Counted from the first letter of the whole stretch, positions 50,082-62,259 are shown. The stretch is 63,486 nucleotides of DNA, filler included, from Chiloscyllium plagiosum (GCF_004010195.1; 4 parts of one record of this genome joined end to end with filler, not necessarily neighbours in it); one strand, 5' to 3'. Translations and numbers: made by a program. The notes: generated by a model from the sequence alone, not told the origin.

Positions 50082-52659
50082 GTAATTGGCGGGCCTATAG
50101 TCAACACTCAACAACGTGACAGCACCTTTCCTATTTCTGACTTCAGCCCATACTACCTCCAAAGGCAGATACCCCTTGAACTGCCTTTCTGCAGCCGTTA
50201 TTTAGGAAATCTACTCAGCATGGATGAGTTGGACCAAAAGATCTGTTTCTGTGCTGTCCAGCTATGTGACTGTATGTTCATCTCCGACCCCCCGTGTGGT
50301 ATATTTGGGTAGAAGAATACTCCCTTTTTCCTTGGCTGGGTCTAAGGACATTTTTGGTTTCAAGTGGCATATAACAACCAATTATAATTCTTTTTGAGAT
50401 CCCCACTGAGAATGTATGACATTATTAATTGGGTGCTTTACACACATGACAGATTCTACTATTGCTCCTAAAAGTGAGGGGTCTACCACCTCAGGTCGTA
50501 GTTCCTTTCCTAAACATTATCATTACTTTGAGTTTCCTTGAAATTTATCTGTAGTGCTTTCACTGGTGTGTGGTTCCTTGATAGATGAAATAATCTCAAA
50601 TCATACATTTTGCTGATGATGAGAGAGAAACTGATTTAATGCAGTTTGCAATGTTAATGTCTCAGAACCAATACTATATACAATCACAAAATTGATATAG
50701 TGCAGAATTGATATGTCTCATTGTACTGGATTTCAGAACATTACAACTTAGAGCCAATTTCCTGCCTATTCTTTACCATAATCCATCACATTATTTCTAT
50801 TTAAATAATCATCCAATCCTCTTTTCAATGCTTCAATTGAACCTGCCTCCACCAGTCCTCCAGACAGTGCATTCCAGACCCTAACTACTCACTGTGTGAA
50901 AAAGATTTTTTTCATACCAACGAGGCCAGGTTTAGAGGAGCATAGACAGCTCAGCGGATTGTGAAATCATTACAGAATTCGAGAGGGGCAAGATCATGGA
51001 AGGGTTTCATTAATGAATAAAAACACTGAGCTTTGTGCTTTGACACATCCAAATTGAAGATAATGTAAATCTAGAAGTTTTTTATGTACTGCATATTTCC
51101 AAAAGTCTTAATTGCACTATGCCCATGTATATCTTTCTGGCTCAATCCATTTTTGGTTTTAATTCTATTTGTGCCTGCAATGTTTGAGGGAGCTGCTTTT
51201 CTTTGTGTTGACTAGGCATGGAAATTGACATGACTCACCAGTCCTTTAGTTAATCCCTTAAATCCTTACACAAACAATGATAACCAGGTAGAAATATCTG
51301 CTTTGATGGGTAATAAATGGATTTTTGGCGTGTTGTGTTGCCTTATCCAACAGGGGTAATCTGAGGTCCCCACCTGGAAATTGATGGGGTTAAATCAATA
51401 ACTCTTGTTACCCAGTGCATTCTTATATTCCATTGATTTAAGACACACTCTGCCAGATTTTTGCATGCAGATCAGATACTGAAGGCATCTCACTGTAACC
51501 CATGCCCTATTTTTAATTACCTAAGAGGAGGAGATTCCTGTTCCCACTGTATTGCAACACCCTGATTCAATCTATCCCACAAGGGTTAGCATCAGTACAG
51601 GGTATGGCTACACTAAGGAGTTCAGTCATTAAATTTCAGGATTGTGACTTGGATGGTGACCAGACATCAATGAAGAGGATCGCATGGACTGTGGAATAGC
51701 AAAACCCCACTAGTTTGACAATCAAATTGTATCCTCATTGAGCTGCTGAATCTCGGGATTGAAGCTCGTTTTGGCAGCGCATTACATATCTAAACATTGA
51801 GCACTTCACTTGTTCATTTCTATTCCATGACTTGTTTCTCATAGCTGATGATTGGCCACTAAGCAAACTGCAGACCGTTATGATGAGTCATCATTCCAGG
51901 GTCAACTACAGCACAAGACCCCTCGGTTTGGACTGCTTCCAAAACCAAAGCACTGTTTCTCTAAGAAATGATTTTACTGGCTGATAGTAAGATTCAACTC
52001 CTTTAAGAAAGAATCTGCCTTTTATGGATTCAACATGACTGGGATCACTTACAATAATCACAATGTAGCACAGGAATTAGCTTTATATATTTGTTATTGC
52101 TTATAATTATTTATTTTGAGCAGTTTAGTTTGTAGCTCAGGAAGAGCTCATTACTTTATTTAAGTGTCTGTACCAGAGCAATGTTAAACTAATCACATTC
52201 CATTTCTCTGGCCACAGTTTTCCATTTTGGTCTTTGCATTAAAATACTTTTCTTCTGCCTCATCTATTCTTTTGGCCAAGCAGTCAATCCTCCAGTACAA
52301 TTTTCCTTGTCTCCTTCTCTAAAGAAATGCACCTTTAAAAACAAAGTTACCCCATTTGTCTGGAATGGTGTTTGCTTTGTTGTGATACTAGTAACATTCA
52401 TCATCAACTAAGGGAAAAATGACTGCTCACATTTAGAGGCTATCCATGAGGGTAAAGGATACGTCAGACTGATATTTAGCTTTCTTTCTTGGCTACTTAA
52501 AGTTTCTGCCGAAACAATTCTGATTGTGAGTAGGATTTCCTTGTATGATGCTAACATACTACCTCAGATTACAGTGCAGGCTGGAAACAGACAGAAAGAA
52601 CAAGAAAGGAAATTTCAAATAAAGGTCAAGCTAAAAGGGAGGATTCCCCTCGACACAGT

Positions 52660-53010
52660 AAAATACTGGTAAGGAGAGTTACTCCCTAACTCTGGACCAA
52701 GAGTAAAACTATTTAATTTTATAGTATGACAGGGAGAGAGCTGTTAATAAAGTCTAGAGCATCCTCAACTTTATCAATAGGTACACAGAGTGCAAAAGCA
52801 AGGAGATGATGCTGAACATTTCAAGATAATTATTAGACTCCAGTTGAAGATTTGTGTACAGTTCTGGGTGCCGCACTATACACACGGATGTGAATGCATT
52901 AGAGAGAGGGCAGAACAGATTTACAGAAATGCTAATGAGGATGAGAACCTTCAGTTATGAGAATAGTTTGGAGAGTTTGGGATTATTCTCCTTGGAGTGA
53001 AAAAGGTTAA
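52660..53010 (+). mobile_element. Decayed CR1 RT C-terminus
   Basis: Remnants of VQFW.P.Y and ERGQNRFT. Confidence 0.65.
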
Positions 53011-53329
53011 ATACACAAATCAAAGGGTTATCTGCATAGTCTGTCATTTTTTGGAGATAAAATACTTGTATTTTCCAAGGTTACTGTAAGCACAAAAATC
53101 ACTTTAGTGACGGCTTCTTTCTTCCAAGGGGAAAGTAGGATGAATTCATTTTTGGTTCTTTGAGTTTGCGCTACAGGAACCAGTACTCAAAGAATATTGT
53201 AACATTCAGAGGACAGACAATTCCAATGGATTGTTATATTTTCCTGTCTCAAAATATTAGTAACATTAAATAATGCCTCGGAATAAGAACTGAGCCAATT
53301 GTAATGTTTTCTATGGGTTATTCTAAACA

Positions 53330-54540
53330 GGATGGAAGGTCATTGATAAAGCAGATGAAGACACTGGATACTGATGGATCCAACAATATTCCAGCTGTAG
53401 CACTCAAGGTTTCTGCTACAGAACTGGCCAAGCCCCGAGCCTAACTATTCTAGTGTAACTGTCACACTAACATCCACCTGACAATGTAAGCATATGAATT
53501 AGAAGAATGCTTGGGCCGTTTTACCCCTTCAGCTTATTGTGTCAATCAATACGCTTCTGGCTGATCTGATTATGACCAAGACTCCACTTTCCTGCCAACT
53601 TCTGAGTTGTGAATTTGGAGTAGGATAATGTAAAAAGGTGCTCAGGTACGTAGCTTTCACAAAACAAACTGAACAAATCCAATTAAGCCAATTAACACCC
53701 CATCTGTCTCCTCTAAACCATTAACAAAGTAATGTAGGAATCAATAATAATGCTATCAAACAGCATTTATCCAGCAATGTTCCAGATGGATTCCACCAAG
53801 GGGGCCTCTTGGATCTCATGCCCTTCATTTAGATCCATACAAAATAACTCAGTTCCAGAGTTTAATTCACAATAATGCTGTTGTCATCAAGGCTATAATT
53901 TCACAGAGCAAGTCCTCAGGAGTGCTGGCAGAATTGAAGTCAATGGAATGAGGGAACTGACCACTGGTTGAAGGCATACTACCTTGGTTGAGGGAATCAA
54001 TTATCTCAGCCTCAGGACATTGGTTGTTCAGTGTAGATTCTTTTTTTTAATGAACCTGTTCAGAGATATTATGACACAGGTGGGACTTGAGCCCATACCT
54101 TCTGGCTCAGAGGCAGGGACACTATTACTGTGCTACAAGAGCCTTGGTTTTTCACTGTAGATATTTCTCATCCACGTGTTCAGAAATTTTATGATGCATT
54201 AACTGGAGCAGTTGGGGCTTGAACATAGGCATCCTTGCTTAAAAGTAGGGACATTACTGCTGTGTCACAGGAGTCCATGTTCTTCAGTGGCTTCATCAAT
54301 TACCTTCTTTTCTACATAAAGTTAAAGTGGGTGTATTTACTGACAACTCCACAGTGTTCAATATGGTTTAGATCTCCTCAGATACTTAAGCTGTCCATCT
54401 CCATCTCCATCTGTAACAAGACCAGGACAATTTTCAGGCTTGGGTTGCTATTTGGCAAGTGATATTTGTAATGCCTAAGTGCCAGACAATGGCCATCTCC
54501 AACAAGGGAAAAATGTACATATATCCATATGACATGGAGT
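53330..54540 (+). mobile_element. Decayed LINE family B internal fragments
   Basis: ggcaagtgatatttgtaatgcctaagtgccagacaatggccatctccaacaag matches 40375-40430. Confidence 0.55.
54057..54277 (-). repeat. Two tandem tRNA-like (SINE-head) units
   Basis: Units ~54057-54143 and ~54177-54277, each with A-box- and B-box-like sequence on the minus strand. Confidence 0.55.
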
Positions 54541-54589
54541 AAACTGTCTCTTCTAATTTAAATGAGAAACACAGAAAAAATTTACCCTG

Positions 54590-56078
54590 TGTGGTAATCT
54601 GTGAAAATTCGAGAGGCAAAGAACCATCCTAAAAGTCACTATTTAAAGTAAAAATTGACAACTTTTTTTAAGTATAACATAAAATATTAAGTAACAACTG
54701 TTTGCAACTCCTTTCTCTCAGCCTCTCTTTTACCTTCCCCTCTACAATACTGATCTGATAAAAATACCAATTCCGATTTACAAAAACAAAAATCACTTTC
54801 AAAACCAGTCAGCTTTGCTGAGTGTCCTCTGTAGATTTTCCTCTGTCTTCTTCTTAGGGATTCTGCTTCACACGTCTTTGATAGATAAAAGGTACCTTTA
54901 AGAGAGCTGTTTTGTGGGCAGCCTGTATTTGTTGGTGGCTTGGCAGTTCTCTTTGCCGCTCTGGTTAACTGTTCAAAATGTCTGATATTTATACCCCGAA
55001 ACATTGGATTGTTTTATTGGTTTTAATATTATCAAAATACTAAGTTCAAACTTGTTTAGAGTTTGGTATCTTGGGGCAGAATTTAAACTGGCCAAATTTG
55101 TTTTTGTCTCATGGCAACTCAGCCACTCTAGCTGATCGAACAAATTAGATTAGATTACTTACAGTGTGGAAACAGGCCCTTCGGTCCAACAAGTCCACAC
55201 CGACCCGCTGAAGCGCAACCCACTCATACCCCTACATTTACCCCTTCACCTAACACTATGGGCAATTTTAGCATGGCCAATTCACCTGACCTGCATGTCT
55301 TTGGACTGTGGGAGGAAACCAGAGCACCCGGAGGAAACCCACGCAGAACACGGGGAGAATGTGCAAACTCCACACAGTCAGTCGCCTGAGGCGGGAACTG
55401 AACCCGGGTCTCTGGCACTGTGAGGCAGCAGTGCTAACCACTGTGCCACTGTACCGCCCAAATGTTACATTATTACCTTGTTCTGGACTCTCTGTGCTTC
55501 TTGAAAGTCCTTGCTAGCTTTTCAACTCTCTTAAAGGTACAGTACCCTTACACCTTCATAACACCTCCCTTTAAGAAAAGAAATGAACCATCATAATGAA
55601 AAGATGGCTTCGTTTTATTTCTATTCTTTAAACACATTACCATAACATGCAGAAAACTTTAATTGAAATTCACCTTAACTTCTTCCCATACACCTATATC
55701 TATATATATATCTATATAAATTTGATAAATAGAAATCTCATCCAAATTTTATCAGTTAAATCCGCAATAATGCATCTGCGATTACATTCTTATGACCCAC
55801 AACATATACAATATGTAAATTAAAAGTCTGTAACATAAGACTCCAACAAAATAGTCTCATATTCTTGACTTTAATGTGTTCTAAGAATGTAAGTGGATTG
55901 TGATCCATGTATACAACTGTCTCCAACACATTGTTTGTGACATACACGTTAAAATGTTGTAAGGCCATAACCAAACTCAATAGTTCTTTTTCGATCATGG
56001 AGTATTTCTTCTGTTGGATGTTGAGTTTCTTCCAAAAGTAACTGACAGTTCAATCCCATCCTCATCTTCCTGTAGCAG
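54590..56078 (-). mobile_element. Gypsy LTR retrotransposon 3' end: RNase H, PPT and 3' LTR
   Basis: ORF 55756-55998 IEKELL, DHNPL, NVIADALLR-stop; PPT aaagggagg (55572-55564) abutting LTR start tgttatg at 55563; far LTR end approximate. Confidence 0.82.
55146..55458 (-). mobile_element. HE1-type V-SINE inserted in the LTR
   Basis: TSD caaat at 55141-55145 and 55459-55463. Confidence 0.9.
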
Positions 56079-56862
56079 GTTAAAGATCACACAACACCAG
56101 GTTATAGTCCAACAGGTTTATTTGGAAGCACTAGCTTTCAGAGCGCTGCTCCTTCATCAGGTGGTTGTGGAGAATAAGACCATAAGACACAGAATTTATA
56201 GCAAATGTTTACAGTGTGATGTAGCTGAAATTATATATTGAAAAAACCTGGGTTGTTTGTTAAGTCTCTTATCATCTAAAATGAACATGTTGGTTTCAGT
56301 TCTTTCATATGTAAATTGCAGAACTGTTTTAAAGTTACATTCTCAAGTGAATTTTAATAATTGGTGTCATGTCGGCCCAGATAATGCATTGAAGGTGTGA
56401 AGTGTCCTGTATAAGACTGTCTATGCCACGATATTCAGGCTGATTCTAATCTCAGAAACTGAGTTACAGTCTCTTACATGCAGTTTTTGAGCAAAATAAA
56501 ATGTAATTCTGCAAATGCAAATTCAGCCCACAAATCTATATGTGTGTGTCTGTGCATGCCTTTAAACAACTACCAAACCTCAAACAGATCATTGTTTGTA
56601 GCAAACTGCCCGGCTTTCAGGACAACACCATACAACCCTGTCACGATAGACGCTGCAAGACGTGTCAGAGGGTTGACACGGATACCACCATTACATGTGG
56701 GGGCATGTCCCACCATGAATGCGGCAGGTACTCATGCGACTTAACCAACGTTGTCTATCTCATACATTACAGGCAAAGATGCCCTGAGGCATGGTACATT
56801 GGCGAGACCGAGCAGAGGCTACGGCAACGGATGAACAGCCACTGTACAACATTAACCAGGCA
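56079..56862. mobile_element. PLE: minus pLTR with hammerhead (56129-56163), then plus GIY-YIG fragment
   Basis: ORF 56540-56926 RCKTC, NVVYLI...WYIGETEQRLRQRMN.H. Confidence 0.85.
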
Positions 56863-59800
56863 GCTTCAGCAGCGGCAGCAACTCGAAGGGCAGGAGCTTG
56901 CACCAGGGGCCTGCCGGGAGCGGTGAGTCACTGATTTGTGCTTTTAAATTTGAAATTAGAGAGCAGAGGTTTCTGGAAAAGGAGGGACTTCTTATTTTTA
57001 TTTCTGTCCTGCTATATAAGTCAGTGTCTTCTCAACCTGAGACCCTACCTTTGTAGGACTTCCCACCCAACCACCTCCTCTAACCTTAAAGACCAGGGAC
57101 ATATCAAGTAAGCGTCTCTTTTTTACTTTGTGACTAAGGGATTAGCAGGGATGGCAGTACAGGGAGAGCAATGTTCCTCCTGCAGGATGTTTGAGGTCAG
57201 GGATGCCAATAGTGTCTCAACCCAGTACGTCTGCAGGAAGTGCACCCAACCCTCGCTCCTCCAAGACTGTGTTAGGGAACTGGAGCGGGAGCTGGATGAA
57301 CTCCGGATCATTCGGGAGGCAGAGGCTGTGATAGATAGGAGTTATAGGGAAGCAGTTACTGCTGGGCAAGAAGAAAGTTGGGTAACTGTTCGAAAGGGGA
57401 AAAAACAGTCAGTGGAGAGATCCCCTGTGGTTGTTCCCCTGAAAAACATGTATACCGTTTTGGATACTGTTGAGGGGGATGACTTACCAGGGGCAAGCAG
57501 TGGGGCCCAGGTCTCTGGCACAGAGCCTGTCCCTGTTGCACAGAAGAGAAGGAGGGAAAGGAGGAGAGTGTTAGTCATTGGGGACTCGATAGTTAGAGGC
57601 TCAGATAGAAGGTTTGTAGGGAACGAACGAGACTCACGGTTGCCTCTCAGGTGCCAGGGTCTGTGATGTCTTGGATCATAAATTTGGGGTCCTGAAGGGA
57701 GAGGGTGACCAGGCTCAAGTCATTGTCCATGTAGGTATCAACGACATAGGTAGAAAGAGGGATAGGGATGTAAGGCAGGATTTCAGGGAGCTAGGGTGGA
57801 TGCTGAGAGCTAGAACAAACAGAGTTGTTATTTCTGGATTGTTACCCGTGCCACATGATAGTGTGGCAAGGAATAGGGAGAGCTATCAGTTAAATACGTG
57901 GCTGCAAGGATGGTGCAGGAGGGAGGGTTTCAGGTTTTTGGATAATTGGGGCTCATTCTGGGGAAGGTGGGACTTGTACAAACAGGATGGTCTTCACTTG
58001 AACCAGAGAGGTACTAATATCCTGGGGGGATATTTGCTGGTGCTATTCGGGTGGGTTTAAATCTCCCAGCAGGGGGATGGGAACCGGAGGTGCAGCTGCA
58101 GTGCACAGGAGGATGAGAGTAGGAAGGACAGGGACAGGATTTCAGGGTCACAGGAATATGCTGGCAGACAGCAAAGTGGTTTGAAGTGTGTCTACTTCAA
58201 CGCCAGAAGTATCCAAAATGAGGTAGGTGAGCTTGCAGCATGGATAGGGACCTGGGACTTCGATGTTGTGGCCATTTTGGAGACATGGATAGAGCAGGGT
58301 GAAGAATGGATGTTGCAGGTTCCAGAGTTTAGATCTTTCATTAAGAACAGGCAAGACAGTAAAAGACGGGGAGGCATGGCCTTGTTTGTCAAGGATAGTA
58401 TAACGGTGGCTGAGAGAACTTTTGGTGAGGACTCGTCTACTGAGGTGGTGTGGGCTGAGGTTCAAAACAGGAGAGGAGAGGTCACACTTCTTGGAGTTTT
58501 TTTTATGGTCCTCCGCAGAGTTCCAGGGAGGTGGAAGAGAGGATTAGCAACATTATCCTGGGTAGGAGTGAAAGGAACAGGGTGGTCATTATGGGGGACT
58601 TTAACTTCCCCAACATTGATTGGGAATGCTATAACTCTAGTACGTCGGATGGATCAGTTTTTGTCCAATGTGTACAGCAGGGTTTCCTGACACAGTATGT
58701 TGAAGAGCCGACAAGAGGAGAGGCCACACTGGATCTGGTGCTTGGTAATGAACCAGGCCAGGTATTTGAGTTAGTTGTAGGTGAGCACTTTGGAGAGAGT
58801 GACCATAATTCAGTAACGTTTAGTTTAGCAATGGAAAGGGATCAGTACATGCCACAGGTCAAGAGTTATCGATGGGGCAAGGGCAATTATAATGTGATTA
58901 GGCAGGAATTAGGATGCACAGAATGGGGTAGCAAAATGCAGGGGATGCAGACAACGGAAATGTGGAGCTGGTTTAAGGAACAGATATTGCGTGTCCTTGA
59001 TAGGTATGTCCCTGTCAGGCAGGGAGGAAGTGATAAGGTAAGGGAATTGTGGTTTACTACAGAAATTGCATCTTTTGTTAAGAAGATGAAAGAGGCTTAT
59101 GTGTTGATGAGGCAAGTTGGTACAGATGAGGCGATAGAGAGTTACAGATCATCTAGGAAGGATTTAAAGAGGGAGTTAAGAAGAGCAAAGAGAGGACACG
59201 AGCAGTCTTAAACAAATAGAATAAAGGAGAACCCTAAAGCTTTCTATAGGTATATGAGGAATAAAAGGATGATTAGGGATGATTAGGGTAGGAATAGAGC
59301 CAGTCAATAATAGAAGTGGGAAGTTGAGTGTGGACCCTGTGGAGATTGGAGAGGTGCTAAATGAACATTCCTCATCGGTGTTCACCCAGGAAAAGGAGAA
59401 TATTGTAGAGGAGAAGAATGAGGTACGAGATATTAGACTAGAAAGGATTGAGGTTAGTTACACACAGGTGTTATCAATTCTAGAAGGAGTGAAAGTAGAC
59501 AAGTCCCCTGGGCCGGATGGGATTTATCCGAGGATTCTCTGGGAAGCTAGGGAGGAGATAGCAGAGCCTTTGGCTTTGATATTTGAGTCATCATTGTCTA
59601 TGGGTTAGTACCTGAGGACTGGAGGATTGCAAATTTTGAACCCTTGTTCAAGAAGGACAGCAGAGATGACCCAGGTAATTATAGACCTGTGAGCCTTATT
59701 TCTGTTGTAGGAAAGGTTTTGGAAAGGATTATAAGAAATAAGATTTATAATCATCTAGCAAGCAACAATTTGACTTCAGATAATCAACATGGTTTCGTCA

Positions 59801-60390
59801 AGGGCAGGTTGTGTCTCACAAACCTCATTGAGTTTTTTGAGAAGGTGACCAAGCATGTAGATGAGGGTAGGGCAATTGACGTGGTATACATGGATATCAG
59901 TAAAGCCTTTGATAAGGTTCCACATGGTTAGCTGTTGGAGAAAATGCAGAGGCATGGGATTGAGGGTGATTTAGCAGTTTGGATTAGAAACTGGCAAGTG
60001 GTGGTTGTTGGAAAATATTCAGTATGGAGTCTGGTTACTAGTGGTGTTCCACAAGGATCTGGTTTGGGACCACTGCTGTTTGTCATTTTTATAAATGACT
60101 TAGACGCAGGCATAGGTGGATGGATTAGTAAATTTGCAGACGACACTAAAGTCGATGGAGTAGTGGACAGTTTGGAAGAATGTTACAGGTTGCAGGGGGA
60201 TTTAGATAAACTGCAGAATTGGGCTGAGAGGTGGCAAATGGAGTTCAATGCAACTAAAAGTGAGGTGGTGCACTTGGGAAGAATAACGGGATGGCACAAT
60301 ACTTGGTCAATGGAAAGATTGTTGGAATTGTGGATGTGCAGAGGGATCTTGATACATAGATCCCTGAAAGTTGCCACCCAGGTGGATAAG
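56863..60390 (+). mobile_element. CR1 LINE, 5'UTR through RT (3' end missing)
   Basis: ORF1 CSSC...CRKC, coiled coil, GDS / GIND / DGLH esterase blocks; ORF2 NARS, ETW, GDFN, SDH, NYRPVSL, KAFD, FADD; several frameshifts. Confidence 0.93.
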
Positions 60391-60619
60391 ATCATAAGAC
60401 CATAAGACATAGGAGTGGAAATAAGGCCATTCGGCCCATCGAGTCCACTCCACCATTCAATCATGGCTGATGGGCATTTCAACTCCACTTACCCGCATTC
60501 TCCCCGTAGCCCTTAATTCCTTGTGACATCAAGAATTTATCAATCTCTGCCTTGAAGACATTTAGCGTCCCAGCCTCCACTGCACTCTGCGGCAATGAAT
60601 TCCACAGACCCACCACCCT
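60391..60619 (-). mobile_element. CR1 3' tail of another subfamily
   Basis: cataagaccataagacataggagtggaaataaggccattcggccc. Confidence 0.82.
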
Positions 60620-60719
60620 NNNNNNNNNNNNNNNNNNNNNNNNNNNNNNNNNNNNNNNNNNNNTTAATTAATTAANNNNNNNNNNNNNNNNNNNNNNNNN
60701 NNNNNNNNNNNNNNNNNNN
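60620..60719. other. Artificial assembly spacer
   Basis: N44-TTAATTAATTAA-N44. Confidence 0.95.
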
Positions 60720-61092
60720 TTTTTGCGTTTAACCTTCCACTGCTATTCTCTGTCTTATATAGCTAAGCCAGTTCTGTATCCACCTTACCATCTCACCACA
60801 GATGCCATCTGACTTCATCTTTGGCATCAGCCTGCCATGAGTGACCTTGTCAAAGGCCTTGCTAAAGATTTTGCCCGAAACGTCGATTCTCCTGCTCCTC
60901 AGATGCTGCCTGACCCACTGTGCTTTTCCAGCACCACACTCTTGACTCTGATCTCCAGCATCTGCAGCCCTCACTTACGCTTAAAGACCATATAGTCAAC
61001 ATCCACCGCCCTACCCTCTTTCATCATCTTTGTCACTTCCTTAAAACAATGGAATCAGATTTGTGAAACATGACCTTCCTGCACAAAGCCAA
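60720..61092 (-). mobile_element. CR1 RT fragment with a PLE pLTR piece (~60869-60980, plus strand) inserted
   Basis: FSKAFDKVTHGRL...WIQNWL; insert gcccgaaacgtcg...cctcactt. Confidence 0.78.
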
Positions 61093-61169
61093 CACAAGGA
61101 TATGTTGTTGGTATTACTCTGCATTGCAAACTAGCCATCCAACTAACTGAGCTAACTGAACCTCCAGTC

Positions 61170-61545
61170 AGAAGTTACAGCTCCAATGGTCTTGCCAATA
61201 TTTAATTGGAGGAAATTTCAGTTCATCCAGTACTCGATATTGGATAAGCAGCCTGATGACTTAGCAACAGTGAAGGAGTCACAAGAGGTGGGAGTCATCA
61301 GTACATATTTGAGGGCCAATTCCAGGTGCTGCTAGCAAAGGGTAGCTTTTAAATGAGAAATAGGACCAGGCCAAGGAGCAATTCTCTGGAGGCATCTGAA
61401 GTAATGGCATGGGAGGTGGAAGAGATTAGTTAAGTATAAATGGAACCAGGCAACAGCAGGTCCAGCTAGTTGGATGACAATGGAATAATGCCAGAGGAAG
61501 ATGCTGTGTCCAACCATATCAAAGGCTGATGACAGGGCATAAGGA
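61170..61545 (-). mobile_element. Decayed L2-type LINE RT fragment
   Basis: LSSAFDMVGHSIFL...AVAWFHLYLT. Confidence 0.65.
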
Positions 61546-61569
61546 CATAAACTTAACATAATTTTGCAA

Positions 61570-61800
61570 ATGAAGCAAGGTTGATGTGAGAAAAAAGATG
61601 TTTTAACACAGCGAGTAATTAATTTATATAAATGTGGTGGAGGGAGGTTTATTTGAGGCAATTAAGAGGGCACGGGTTGGTTATTTGGATGGAAATGGTG
61701 TATAAGGATATAGGGAAAAGCCAGGAGATTGGCTCTGAGTAATGTTGCTCGTTTGACAAGCTGGTGCAGCCACAATGAGCTGAATGGCCTGTGATTCTAT
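61570..61800 (+). mobile_element. Decayed CR1 3' end
   Basis: ttttaacacagcgagtaatt...tgagctgaatggcct. Confidence 0.6.
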
Positions 61801-61940
61801 GCATCAAAGACCACAGCTGGAATAAACTCTGAGACTCTAAAGGAGTAGAGGAGGCTATAGAGATAGGGAATGGTGAGGCAAGGGGTCTGACTCAAAAGCA
61901 TAAATGAAACAAGTGCCTTCCTGGGTGGAGGTCTAATGTG

Positions 61941-62150
61941 AGGACTGTGAGGAAAGTGAGGACTGCAGATGCCAGAGTTCAGAAAGCATGGTGCTGGAAA
62001 AGCACAGCCGGTCAGGCAGCGTCTGAGGAGCAGGAGAGTCGACATTTTCGAATTCATTCCTGATGAAGAGCTTAATCTCAAAACGTCGACTCTCCAGCTC
62101 CTCATTAGCTTCCTGACCGGCTGTGCTTTTCCAGCATCATGCATTTTAAC
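61941..62150. mobile_element. Palindromic mini-PLE (210 bp) with 14-bp TSD in the XDH intron
   Basis: Arms tgctggaaaagcacagccggtcagg / cctgaccggctgtgcttttccagca; TSD ggaggtctaatgtg (61927-61940) vs ggagatctaatgtg (62151-62164). Confidence 0.82.
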
Positions 62151-62259
62151 GGAGATCTAATGTGGGTCACCCAAGGTGAAGGGGTAGGGTTAATCTGCAA
62201 CAACACACCTGAGCAATTGGCCCGTCCTTCTATCGAAGGAATGTCACATTTGTACCTAC

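Noticed and set aside
52545..52567. let-7-like sequence on the minus strand (TGAGGTAGTATGTT)
   Set aside because: Only the 5' part matches, the 3' half diverges and no convincing precursor hairpin is visible; at most a chance seed match.
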